Below the pieces are notes generated by a model. The model was not told where the DNA came from and made no database searches. It worked only from the letters and a program-made list of their open reading frames with translations. A program made the position numbers and the translations under genes. 64,000 bases of DNA from Nageia nagi (Eukaryota > Plantae > Pinophyta): NCBI GenBank assembly GCA_050084985.1, contig JBITNC010000001.1, forward strand, positions 161,386,001 through 161,450,000. The letters are read 5' to 3'. This document shows, piece by piece, positions 1-12,889 of the stretch (the first letter of the stretch is position 1; every line of letters starts with the position of its first letter).

Positions 1-2598
1 TGAAGAGGATTTTGAGGCTATAGTAGCAATTATTGAAGATGAGGTAGACCAACCTGATGGAGTTGTTCCTAAAATTTCCTACAATGCACTCTATGGGTTT
101 AACTCTCCATAGACTATGAAAGTTAAGGGATATTTTAAAGGCCAAATGTTGATAATATTGTTGGATTTGGGAAGCAATCATAATTCTATAGATCCTAATG
201 TGGCCAAAAATACCCACTCTTACATCTACCCATAAAATAAGTTTGATTTAATGATTGGGAATGGAGGAAAAATTACTTGCAAAGGCCAATGTCATAATAT
301 AAAGATCCATATGAGTGACTACAAGATGCAAAATGACATGTATGTTCTACCATTGGGTGAGTGTGATATGGTCCTTGGTATACAATGGTTGATGACATTA
401 GGCCCCATTATCTAGGGTTTTTGTGAGTTATGGATGCAATTCAAGATCAATGAATAAAAATATACTCTCAAATGAAATAAGGAGGGACAATCCCAAATTT
501 TTAGTTCTCATTGCATGGAGAAATTATTGAAGAAAGGTGGTAGATGAGTGATGGGATAACTCTTTTCTATTCAACCAGCCATGCATAAATTACCAAAAGT
601 ACAAGAATTAAAGCAAGTGCTCACTCATCATGTAGGTGTATTTGAGGAACCCTATGGATTTCCTCCCCACTATCCTCATGACCATGCAATTCAATTAATT
701 CCAGGAAGTTATCCACCCAATATTTGACCTTACCATTATCTTTGATTATAGAAGGATGAAATACAAAAGCTGGTTGATGATATGTTATAAGTTGACATCA
801 TTCATCCCAGCATGATTCCTTACTCATCTTTGATTCTATTAGTTCATAAGAAAGATGGATTGTGGTGAATGTAAAATAATTTTTGGGCTCTAAATAAAAT
901 CATCATCAAGGGCAAGTTTCCCATCCTTATCATCGATGAATTGCTAGATGAATCTCATGGTGCAAAATATTTCTCCAAACTAGACCTTTAGTTTGGGTAC
1001 CATCAAATTCAATTGCATGAATAAGACATTCCCAAAACTACTTTTTGCGCTCATGAAGGCCATTATGAATTCCTAGTGATGTCATTCAATCTTACCAATG
1101 TGCCTTCTACATTTCAAATTTTGATAAACCAAGTATTCCTCCCTTTTCTTTGAAAATTCATTTTAGTTTTGTTTGATGATATTTTGATCTATAACAAAAC
1201 TTGGAAGGATCACTTGGCCTACCTAGATTAGACATTGCAACTTCTCCAAGAAAACTAGTTGTACACTAAGCTATAAATGTTGCATAAATTTTTCTTGATA
1301 ATATTTTTAAACTCCATGGTATGCCATCCACCATTGTTAGTGATTATGACCTAATATTCACTAGTAAGTTCTAGTAGGATTTCTTCAAACTTTAGGGCAC
1401 TAAATTCAATATGACCTTAGCATATCACCCTTAGATAGATGGTCAAACATAGATTATTAATAAATGCTTTGAAATATATCTTTGTTGCTTTGCATCCACT
1501 AGTTCATTGGGTAAAATGGATACCCTTAGCATAATGGTGGTATAATACTTCATATAATACATCCATCAATATGACTCCATATGAAGCCCTATATAATCAA
1601 CCACCACCCACATTCACCTCTTATATCCTAGGAAGCACAAATGTCCAAGTAGTAGATACCACCTTATTAGATCAAGGAGAGATAATTCATATCGTTAAGG
1701 AAAATCTTTAAATGGATCAACACTAAATGAAATAGCAAGCTGATCAATATTGGGTCAAGTGATAGTTCCAAGAAGATGACATAGTTTTCTTGAGGTTTCA
1801 ACCATACTAGAAAATATATCTCAAACTAAAAGGTCCCCAAAAACTAGCCCCTTGATTTTATGGACCTAATAAGACACTCCAACATATTGGCCCTGTAATG
1901 TACAAGTTGGCACTTCTAGCATCATCAAAGATTCATCCTATTTTTCATGTCTCATGCCTTGAGAAAGTACTTGGCTCCCAAACCATATTTCAAACTAAAT
2001 TATTAGAATTCATTGAGTAAATATCCATCATGGTTGAACCTAAGGCCATCCTAGAACAAGGTACATGCTAGCTTTGCAACTACAATATTACTAAAGTCCT
2101 TATCTAGTGGCACAAGTTAGCTCTTGAAGATGCAACATGGAAGACTCTCCACTAGCTGTAGCAACAATTTCCTAATTTTAATCATTTTGGAAAAGGCTGT
2201 CTCTTAGGAGGGGTGGCATGTTAGGATCCCACATCCTAACATTTACTTAGACTATAGTAGTTTATTAATTAGACTATAGGCTTTTATCATATGTTAAGGG
2301 ACTGACATAGTTGTAAGGTGAATCACCATTTTGTATTGAACAACTAATTAGGGTTAGGGTAGGTGGACTAGAAATACTTTTTGAGAAGACAATAGTAATC
2401 ATCTTGAAAAATATATTGTTTGATTTGTAAAGGAGGTAGCCCCTTGAAGTGGCCCATGATTCATTTTGGCTTTTAGTAATATCAATCTATTACTATCTTG
2501 TTACGTTTGAGTTTGTGTTGCTTGTGATTTTGAGATCAAGTTATTTCTTTAGTTCACATTTACTATTATTCTATTTGAATTCTATTTAGGAACCTACA
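1..2598 (+). mobile_element. Degenerate Ty3/gypsy chromovirus LTR retrotransposon, 3' part (protease-RT-[deletion]-integrase-chromodomain-PPT-3' LTR); 5' part lies outside the window
   Basis: Hand translation gives protease-like LDLGSNHNSIDP (~160-195), RT motifs [30 protein letters not shown] (~915-1010) and FDDILIY (~1172), integrase IFKLHGMPSTIVSDYDLIFTSKF (~1300-1370) and chromodomain-like EPKAILE...WHKLALEDATW (~2035-2140). Many stops and frameshifts. Confidence 0.9.
2219..2598 (+). repeat. 3' LTR of the chromovirus, preceded by a polypurine tract (GGAGGGGTGGCA, 2207-2218)
   Basis: Starts TGTTAGGA directly after the PPT. Sister copies end in the inverted TCCTAACA (40671-40678, 54324-54331); this copy's end is altered to ...AGGAACCTACA. 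Confidence 0.8.
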
Positions 2599-4121
2599 TT
2601 TACACCTAGTTTCATCCTCCACTCAAATCTTAAGAAGCTTGGAAGGGTTATTATCATGATACTTTTATTTCCTTTTTTTCATATCATTGAAGGTACATAT
2701 CATGGTTGAGTAGAACTAGGTAGCTCATAAATGAACCACATATCTACCTACCAAATCACCTATTTGATGAAATAAGATTTGACAAAGGGCTTTCTATATA
2801 GTTTCAACCTATGACCATTACCAAAAAATCCATTTTTGGAATTATCAATGGCTTATGCTTGACTAAAATATTTTAAAGAACTCTTCGATCTCATAACTTA
2901 CTAACCATGTAATGTGAAATTTTCCTTTGAAATCCTAGAACTTGAAATAAAAAAGTAGAGCCCAATCATATGCTTAGAAGGATTTAGGTAAAATGTGCTT
3001 ATCATGCCACTACATTCTCTATTGTTGTACCAACTCTATCCTTTGGATAGCATCCAAATGGATTTCATTAAGAGCATTCAATAGAAGTTATCTCTCCTTC
3101 TATGAGAAGTAAGATCAATTCCCACTTAGAGAGTTGTTATTAATATCTTCACTTAAAATTCTATAAGAATGAATGCTATCCTTCTAGAGACCATTTCATA
3201 GGGAGTAAGGCTTGTGGTAGATTTATATGTAGCATTATAAGCCCAAGTTGATTCTTTAAGTTGAATAAATCAATTTTCTCTATAGGAAGCCATGATATAT
3301 GTAAGGATATTTTTCAACTCCCTATTTTTCACCTTCACCTGGCCATTTGAATGTAGATGGTAAGGAGATGATTTTTGATATTTGATTTGGTATTTTTATA
3401 CAAAATTTGCAACAACATTAGAGATAAATTGAGGCACCTAATCTAAGATAATTACTTATGGAGCTCCAAAGAAGGTCAAAATAAGATCATAGAGGAAATT
3501 AACCACTTTCTCCTTTATAGCTTACTGCAATGGTTGGATGTCGATCTATTTTGTGACATAGTTTGTACAAATTAAAATATGCTAAAAAAAAAAAGTTGCT
3601 AGGATAATGGGTCCAAGAAAATCAAGATCCTATTTCTTAAATGGATTAAAGGCTATTTGAGGGTGTTTAGGCATTTCTGTAGTAGGTTTCAATCTACCCA
3701 TGCATTGATATGAGTCACATTAATAAATATATACTATAACATCCCTATATAAGGTGGTATAAAAATATATTATCTATATAATCTTTTAAATAGTCATTTT
3801 CACTACATTATGTCCTCCACATAGTTCATCATGAGCTACTTGTTGAATAGCAAACATATCCTCTTTTGGTACATATATTTGTATTACATGATTAGGACAC
3901 TATTTGAATAACATACCATCCATCCATATATATGTTCCACTTTCATGAATAAGCTTCATTTTTCATAGGCTGAGAAGTAAGATGGGATTCTTCCTATGGC
4001 TTTAAAGTTTGCAATATTAACGTACCATGGAGAATGAATAGAAATTACAAATAAGTTTTCATTTGGAAATAGATCAGGTACATCCTCTAGTGGGTTGGAA
4101 AGTTGTAATCATGAGAGATGA

Positions 4122-4433
4122 TACAAGGGGATCACTATTAGAAATTGGTAAATACCATGTGCAAAAATATAGAAGGTATTTTTAATATCTACTTCAACTA
4201 GAGATATATCAATAAGTACTTTATAAGAGGAGGGGGTAGGGGTATTTAAAAAAGGGGGGTGGGCTAGTTGGGAGGAGAAAGTGGTGTATAGTTGAGGGTG
4301 GGTAGGTGGTTAATTTTAAAAATAGGGTGTTTAATAAATTTAAAGGAGAGGTGGTAAATTTATATATATATATTTTTAAGTATCCCATTTCCACACATGT
4401 TTTGAAGGCTTTTTTCTAAGTGACTCCTTTGTG
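4122..4433. mobile_element. Putative non-autonomous hAT-like MITE (~310 bp) with a G-rich core, inserted in the Athila pol
   Basis: Imperfect ~16-bp TIRs (TACAAGGGGATCACT ... AGTGACTCCTTTGTG). Degenerate 8-bp target duplication AGAGATGA (4114-4121) / CTAGATGA (4434-4441) duplicates the HL codons of the pol ADHLSR motif. Confidence 0.6.
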
Positions 4434-7400
4434 CTAGATGATAAGACATGTTATTCTCTTTTCTAGGATTATCTAAGATGGTAATATCAAATTCTTTCAA
4501 TAGAAGCATCTATCTAATAAGCCTTCCATTAGGGATAACTTTACTCATAAGGTATTTTATCATTGAATGGTCAATGTCAATAAATACCTTATAACCTATG
4601 ATATAATGTCTAAACTTGTTTATGGCATAAACAATGATGATAAATTATTTTTTAGCTATCACTTAATTTAGTTTAACACCATTTAGCTTCTTATTGCTAT
4701 AGTAGATGGCATATAAATGATGATTTTTAATTTGTGTCAGGATTGTTTCTATGGCCTAGTTGGATGCCTCAGTATCAATGTGAAAGGGTAATGATCAATT
4801 ATGATTTATATGAATAAGAGTGGTTCTTAGTTTCTCCTTTAGATTGTTGAAATACTTTTAGTATTTCTTAGTATAATGAAACTCATTAATTTTTATCAAC
4901 AGTTTGAAAAATGGAGCAACTATCTTGTTGAAATATTTAATGAGCTATTGATAGTATCCTGCATGCCTAAGGAAACTTTGTACATATGATTAAATTTTAG
5001 GAGTGGAAAGAGTATTTATTATCTTAATTTTGATAGGATCCACTCTTATACCATATATAGAAATGTAATATCTCAAAATCACCCCTTTAGTCATCATCAT
5101 GTAGCACTTTTCATGGCTAAGAGCCAAATTATGGAGCTTACAATGCTCTAAAACTTATTGCAATTTTTTGTTAGTATCCTCATTGGCATCACCATATAGT
5201 ATAGCCATTAAAACTATAAAAAAAGTAAACATACTTCTTACTAGCTAAAGTATCCAACACCTAATCAATGAATGAAAAAGGAAAATGATCTTTCTTAGTA
5301 TATATGAAGTTGGTAGTTAATAGCTTCTAAATCTCTTCTTAAACTATCTCATGAAGGGTTGGATTAACTCTCCTCTTGGGCTATCAAATAGTATATAGTC
5401 ATATTTGATAAAGATTCTATGTTTAGAAAAGGAGAGATGAATTCCCTTCATTTTTTTCATAACTTCATGCAAAGGCTAATTTATATCACTTTAGAAGATT
5501 CAATAGTTATTTCTCTTGAATATTCCCTAAGTGTATATTGATGTTCAATTACTTACTTGGTTCTTCTTTGACTTGCATGTAATTAGAAATAATATCAAGT
5601 ACAAATGAGTCCTTAGAAAAATGATTAAATGAGTATATGTAGGGAAACATTTGGTGAATCACATCTAGATCTTTAGAATAAGAGCTAGAACACTCATTGA
5701 TGGAGAATTTAGGTATGTAGGGAATATCTAAAGTATTAAAATATTCATATTTAAAATTAGGAACTAGCAACTAATCGACACACATTTTCTCCTACTCAAT
5801 ATGTTTGATGATGGATATCATTACTAAATACTAGGCACTTCCTTGTTCATTAGAGCTTGGTCCATCAGAACTTAATCCATCAAACCAAAGTTGCAAAGGT
5901 TGCAACTCCTGATGTGGTTCTGGAGAGGGATAAAGTGTAAGTATATTAGTATGCATACCATAAAATATGGTAATGTTTCCCATTCTACAATTGATGTAAG
6001 AATAAATAGTTACCATGCATGGATGATTCAAAACGAGTAGATGACCACTAAGTGGTGTCTTGGTCTAGATGGCTATGAAGTCAAATGGGTGCTCCCATGA
6101 AGCAACAATCACTATAATATTATCCAATACACCTTTAGGTTTTATTTTTGATCTATATTCTAGCTAAAGTGTTGTAGATGTTACTTTAATGTTTTAGAGC
6201 CTAATATGATTTATGGCCTCTCTAATCATGATATTGATGATTGCACCCAAATCCCTAAGTATATTCTAGAGGCTGCTTTTTCTAATGTACACTATTAGAA
6301 CATGCATACTAGGCTACATGTACTTTAGTAATACCAAAATACTATACATGAGCTTTGAAAGTTTTCCCAAGACTTGTATTTATTTAAGATCTTTCCTCTT
6401 TTTACCAGGCTTATTTACACATAATTATTTGATGTCCTTGGTATAGATTAGGACATCTTTCAGTGATTGAAGCATAGGGATACTGACATTGATATTTCAA
6501 AGTTCTATTATTAAATCAAACTTAGAGGAAGTTTCTTGTTTCTTGTATACAACCAACCTTTTTAGAAAAGAAGGGTCAATATGAGCTGATTATTTATCTT
6601 CAGTTACTACTACAAGAGTTGCAATTTCCTTAGTTAGCTTTAGCGATTTATCTTGAGATATTTCAATATTTTTTTATAACTAATTTTGTAGTTGAAGTTA
6701 CCTTCCTTTTATTAGATGCATCTATTTCAAAAAGAATCTCATCTTCTACCTCGATGATGATGGAAGAAGAAGGATCAAGTAATATTTTTCTTGATCAAAT
6801 ATGGATTTCATGATAGAGTAAAATATTTATGAAATATTTCCCTTCAAACTCGTAAACCTGCTATGGAGTATATATATTATTGGGATTAGGCATTGGTTGA
6901 GCAATAAGGAACATTATTTTGGTGACACATTATTTCCAGAAGGTGAAGCTTGAAAAAGGCATTATTGTTATGGTTTTTGTGGAGCTAGACCTCTAAATTG
7001 ATTTTGATTGGGTACAAATGACTATTGAAACCACTACTAGTTTTTCCAATTTTGTTATGGCTAAGGCTGAGATTACCAATCAAGTTGGGGCCATGGAGAT
7101 CACCTAGGCTAAGGTTGAGACCACATTGAATCAAAGGAGGAATTAAAAGGACCATAACCATCTAGGTAATACCTTATGGGTAGAGTTATAGATTAAAAAT
7201 TTCAAATAGTCCCCTTTGGGTGATGAATAAAATCTCATTGATGTCTTGAAGCTAAAGTTCCTTCAACATAATCCTGATAACAAGGAGATGGAGGCAAGCT
7301 TTTTTAGTATGATCCTTTTCACATATGATGTAAATTGTTATCTTTTCATGGGATATTGGTGAAGTGCATATTATTTCTTACATCTTGGGTAGTATATTCC

Positions 7401-8750
7401 TTCAATAGGGGCATCATCCTTTCTTTTAATAATTTCCAATGAGGATGAGAATATACCCAATAATTATATCTTCATGCTATCAAACGTGTTGCTTAATTCA
7501 GATTGGGTGACTCCTCTAGAAGCTATTTCTCTAATCTTGTTACTATGTAAGAGTGGCCTACTACAAGATTAATGGACACATAACTCAAGAATTTGTCTAA
7601 AGGGAAGGTTGAAAACATCATCCCCTACCATAACATGAAGAGTATCCATGGACTCTTCTCTCAACCCTTTGAGAAAAATGGTCTTCATTACATATTCAAC
7701 AAGATCCATATTTTCTCTTTATTTAATAAATTTAAACAACTCTATGTAGTCTTTTAGAGATTCATCCTCTTTCTAAGAAGTCCTAAATAATTCATCATTC
7801 TTTTCTTTGACCTTGTAGTAATCTTCATACTTCTCCAAGAAGATTTCCTTTATTCCATCTCTCATAGTTCCTTCCCATCTAGTTTTTGCATTCTCGAGAA
7901 AACTCATAAACCAACACATGGCTACATCCTTCAATGTATATGGAAATAACTTAAGTTTTTAAATATAAAACATGTAATCATAAGTCCTATAGAGGAATTC
8001 AAACTCAAACATGAATGCATATGGGTCCTAAGTAGCCAACCCCTAAAGGTTGGTAATACAAAGAGGGAGATATTCTTCATGGGGGTAGCATCTCTTTATA
8101 TTCTTGGGAACTAAATGGGATATTTAAATGCATGAATGGTATGCTATTTTTCAAACATGTTGTAGGCCCAAAGGATCTAGCAAGTTTGTAGGTAATTACT
8201 CCTTGGAGTATTTTTAAAAGTCACTTCGGGTGACTCCTCAACATCTTCCTCAATACTTTTTATAGTACCTTATTTAGTAGCTTTAGGTATCTTTGAAGTA
8301 GATCTATATATTGTCGTATGTCATGAGTGTGTCACCACTAAAGAAATACCATCCAAGAGATTATATCCTTATTAAATGTGAGCTATATTCTCATGCTATC
8401 TATAGGGGTACCAACTTCTTCTTTTTGTTTTAAGCTCCCTTCTTGTTATCATCCAATATTTGCTCCTGGATGATTGGGAATGAACTACCCATGACTATCT
8501 CATAATCAATTCATTCACTATTTCTCCTAGTTCTTAAATTATTCTAAGTTAAATTCTACTCAATAATCAACTTTTAATTACCAAAAATAAATGAAAATCA
8601 AAATAAAGGTATGAATACTCAAAACCTTTCTCCTATTGCTTTAATCTCCACTTGCGAGCTATCTGCTAGTGTAGTAGAATAGGGGCCCTTCTAAGTATTT
8701 CAATCATTAATGCATTTCAGAGTCTAATACTATCCTTTCTACAATACTAA

Positions 8751-8766
8751 AAAATGGCACCAAAAT
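8751..8766 (-). promoter_or_regulatory. Degenerate primer binding site of the Athila-like element (TTTTGGTGCCAT, resembling the Athila tRNA-Asp type TTTGGCGCCGT)
   Basis: TGG-initiated motif between the gag leader and the LTR; the differences from the Athila consensus are at CpG positions. Confidence 0.55.
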
Positions 8767-9229
8767 TAATAAATTTTCTAATTAAATTGCAACTAAGTAT
8801 TGTTAGCATTCCTTGGTGATCCTCACATCATGTCTAATGCTTAGGAAGTGATCAATTTCAAGTATAGAGAAATAATGTTCTAATTATGTATGGATTTATT
8901 TTTATATCATCACTTCAAAGAAGAACCATTTTGTTCTTAACTTTGAGGGATTATACTTATCATTTTAAATTCATCTAGGTTTGATTTAAATAGAGTGTAC
9001 TCTATATGAGGCAATATGATACTTTAGAACTTACTGGGTGGTACTATCCTAAAGAAAGGAAATGACATTACTATTCATACTCTAAAATTCAATATAACAA
9101 TAATCACACCTACAACTAGCTTTACCTAATACTAAACTTAAGAAGATGAAATGCAACTTAAAATGAAACTAGATTATCTTGCTAAATTTTACTTCTATTC
9201 CTACTGCAACAAAATCTATAGGGACTATT

Positions 9230-10134
9230 TGTTTACAAATAAAATTGTGCATGTAAATAAATAAGTAGGTAAATATCTACAAACCCAATATATTTGTATT
9301 CGAGCTACGGATAGCAATTTATACAAAATAATGAAAGAGATAATCAACTGTAGAAATAGAACAAGTATTTTAACAAATGATAAACTCGAAATTATTTGCA
9401 AAACTCTGACTTTACAATATATCAGATATATGTATGACACCACCTATCAAGATAGAAGTTATGTACCCACCTCACGGAGCGTGCTCGAAACAAAGCTATT
9501 GCTGAAGTCCTAGAATCCAACATTGTCCACACCTAAAATCATGATGCTAAAAAGTCACAGAAGAAGACCATAGGCGGTGTTCATCATACTGGATAGGAAT
9601 GCCAACGGTCTATATTTGTCCATAGAGGAGCATTAGCGGCCTTCGATAGGCTATGATCCATCTCCAACGAGTCTACACCTCCACTCAAATCTTAAGATAA
9701 TTGCAGTATGATTATCAGATAGGTCTCTCAGTTCTTCAAAATGCTCACAAGAAGGGGATACACAAAATCTAACTGGATAGGCGGTATCAAGAGACACCTT
9801 AGAATATGATTGCCATTATCAAGACCATACACAAGATCATGTGTATCCTTGATGATGGACTTACTATTAGATCCCTTATTTATATAGATAATAGATAATA
9901 CAACCCATGGGTCGGCATGCATCTACATAAACAAGGTTAATTCACAACATTCAAGATAACCACACCAATAAAACAAGATAATTCATGCAATATTCCAGAT
10001 AATCATTATAAAATTCACATTCAAGACAAACATTGATATTATCACATTAAGACATTCAAGACATATATTTAGACCAAGCATGTTTTCATTAATTTTATTG
10101 ATTAAAAACATAAATTCATTTTTATGTGTTAACA
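9230..10134 (-). repeat. 3' LTR of the Tat element (905 bp, TGTT...AACA)
   Basis: Direct repeat of 16921-17734; followed on + by GATGCCCCACTTT, i.e. minus-strand PPT AAAGTGGGGCATC (10135-10147). Confidence 0.9.
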
Positions 10135-10469
10135 GATGCCCCACTTTGAATGTGAAATCGACAGAAAACATGAGGTGATCAGAGATTTTGCATTCAAAGT
10201 AAAAATAAAATATCATAATAATGAAAGATTCTACAAGCATGGATAAACGTTAATCATAAAATAAAATTGTGACAAACATTGCTAGTACTAGAGATGGGTT
10301 GAGAAAACTTCCTTTGATATTACCTTGGGCATTCTTGCCCCTTGCATTTTGCCATAGAAGGTGATAATCTGATATATCTGATACTTTGATAATCTTGCCA
10401 CAACACTGATGACTCATGACAATAAACCTAACAACACACATACACAAGAAGATGACTTGATAGACAACC

Positions 10470-10580
10470 TAACCACACATGATGACCTGACAACAACTTG
10501 ATAAGACCACATCACAAGATAAGACATGATGACCATGAAAACACACATGACCACACATGACCATACATGACCACACACAG
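10470..10580 (+). repeat. Degenerate 10-bp tandem repeat (ACCACACATG) in the Tat 3' UTR
   Basis: About 5-6 recognisable units, clearest at 10540-10580. Confidence 0.75.
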
Positions 10581-10989
10581 GGGAGAACTAAGTTCCACAC
10601 AACTACAATGGAAGCTGAGACTTCATACCAAGAGGTATGTTGCAATTGTATAAGAACCAAACTTTGTAAGATATATGGGAGTTGAAACTCTATACCAAGA
10701 GGCATATGATAAACTATTGATAATCTAATAAATCTAACAATACTAATAAATTTGATCAATCTGGGAGCTAGAACTCTACCAAGAGGCATAAAGGATCTTC
10801 AAACTAGCTGCTTTTGACTTAAAGATAGGATCACAGGTGGCTCACTTCTTATGGATATGGAGTGCAGGTGCTCCTCTTCTGCCCTCAAACTAACTCTCTA
10901 ATTTGGTTCTATGATGTCTACTTGCATGATCATTCCTTTAGTATACTTCACTACAACCCAGATGCATGCATCGACTCGCAGGCCACCTA

Positions 10990-12110
10990 GATGTAATACT
11001 TCTTCAAATGCCTAGCATTGATGGGATTCTTGAGAATCTCCCCATCCAATGTAGATAACCTGTAGGCACCTATGCCAAATACTTTTGTAATAAGGTATGG
11101 TCCAACCCAATTTGGCTCAAACTTTCCCTTAAGCTCATCTCTGGCTATAGTATTGGAAATATTCTCTGCAAGACCATATCTCCAACCTCAAAATCCTTAG
11201 GGACCACTCTCTTGCCATATGATCTTTTAATCCTCTATTGATATGCTCTGAGGTGTTCTAATGTAGTGATTCTCTTTTCATCTAGTGCTTCAAGTTGATT
11301 CAATCTTACCTCCAAATATTGTGGTTCCTTCATCACATCCTTGAGTGCAATCCTCAAAGATGGGATCTCAATATCAAGAGGAATAACTACCTCATCTCCA
11401 AACACAAGAGAGTATGGGGTGGCACCTATTGCTATCCTTTTGCTTATCCTATATGCCCATAAAGCGTAAGGTAATTGCTCATGCCAATCTCTCCCATTCT
11501 TCTTGATATTCTTGGCCAATATTTTTTTGATCGTCTTATTTGTGGCTTCAACCTGCCCATTACCTTAAGGGTAGTAAACTGAAGAAAATCTCTGCTCAAT
11601 CCTCATTTTCTGGTAGAATTCTTTGATATCCTTACCTGTGAAGTTAGCCCCATTGTTCATAACCAACCTTTATGGTCTGCCAAACCTACAAATGATGTAT
11701 TCCTTGATAAACTTGATCACATGCTTCTGATTTTAAAGGGATAGCCTCAAACCATTTCATATAATATTCTATAGCAACTAAGATAAACTTGTACCCCTCA
11801 CTAGATGGTGGGTTAATAACACCCATGAAATCCATAGCCCACATAGAGAAAGGCCATGGCGATGTAACATAGTTCAGTTCTTGAGTTGGTGTAAGCTCAA
11901 GATGTGCATACTTTGACATTGCTCACATTTCTTGACATGCTCAAAATAGTCATGCTCCATGGTAGGCCACTAATAACCCATCTTGATTAGCTTGCCAAAA
12001 ATTGATCTCCCATTAAAATGCCCCCCACATGCCCCCCCATGGGCATGCTCTAATACTGTCGCAATTTCCTCAATAAGAAGGCACCTTAAAAGAACACCAT
12101 TAAATGACCT
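10990..12110 (-). pseudogene. Tat integrase (disrupted)
   Basis: HAHGGACGGHFNG zinc-binding part, SPWPFSMWAMDFMG, DWHEQLPYALWAYR, GATPYSLVFG, GKFEPNWVGPY; split over ORFs 11970-12419, 11686-11919 and 11235-11519. Confidence 0.9.
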
Positions 12111-12369
12111 TTTGTAAAGCACATCACCGATGATAACGTACCTAGTTGTAAGCCTCTTTATTTTGATTTGCTCTCGCTTATCAAAAGTAGTATCAATAAA
12201 ATCATCCTTCAAATATCTATAGATATGTTGGTACCACGAACTCTCCTCATACCCAACTCTTTGGACCACACATATTGCACTTTCCTCGGTAGTGGATGAA
12301 GTTTCTAGGTTTCTGATGGTGAAGCTAGTTTCTTTGTCCTCAACTTCCAATGGTACAAGTGATGCCGCA

Positions 12370-12740
12370 CTTGCCATTGCATCTACTAGTCTATTGCTAC
12401 TCCTTGGGACACTTTCCAATTGATATCCTTATAAATGTGTGAGTAACTTGATAACATAATCCCTATAAGGAATAAGCTTTTCATCTTTGGTCTTGTAAAC
12501 CTCGTTGACCTGCTTAACTATTAGCTATGAATCTCCATAAATATGTATCCATGAAATACCAATTTCTATAGCTACCTTCAAGCCCAAATATAAGAGCTTC
12601 ATATTCTACCATATTGTTAGTGCATTCAAATGATAATTTATAGGACATAGGAATGATGTCATTCTATGGGGATATTAACGCAATTCCTGCTCCTGATCCA
12701 TGCATACACCTGGACCCATCAAAGTATAACTTCCAAGGTT
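12370..12740 (-). pseudogene. Additional (archaeal-type) RNase H domain of the Tat element
   Basis: WKLYFDGS..GSGAGIALISP, CTNNMVEYE, IYGDS and VPRSSNRLVDAMAS read on the minus strand. Confidence 0.85.
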
Positions 12741-12889
12741 TAGATTCTCTTGGAAATGGAACATCGGTGGTCCTATCATCATCATAAATAGGCTACGGGC
12801 GATCCTTCTCTGTAACCTTTGCCATATCTATTAATGCACATTCATCCTTGAATTCTTCTTTGAGCTCTGTACTATCCCCTATGGGTAAT

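Larger units (their letters stand above)
2599..8766 (-). mobile_element. Degenerate Athila-like (non-chromovirus Ty3/gypsy) internal region: gag, protease, partly deleted RT, RNase H, integrase
   Basis: Minus-strand translation: gag-like DPYAFMFEFEF...LKLFPYTLKDVAMCWFM (~7905-8030), protease DLGAIINIM (~6228-6254), KKDHFPFSFID.VLDTLA (~5243-5297), GVILRYYIS (~5060-5085), RNase H FHIDTEASN (~4758-4785), DLFPNENLF...PWY (~4022-4076), integrase SSPYHLHSNGQV (~3337-3372). Confidence 0.8.

Noticed and set aside
2348-2359. TTAGGGTTAGGG telomere-like motif
   Set aside because: Only two units, inside the LTR; not an interstitial telomeric array.
9728-9922. ORF MHADPW... present twice (also 17419-17613) and other ORFs inside the Tat LTRs
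   Set aside because: Duplicated only because they lie in the LTRs; no coding features.
10469-10789. 106-aa hydrophobic ORF in the Tat 3' UTR as an env-like gene
   Set aside because: Short and derived largely from the tandem repeat; no env-like features.
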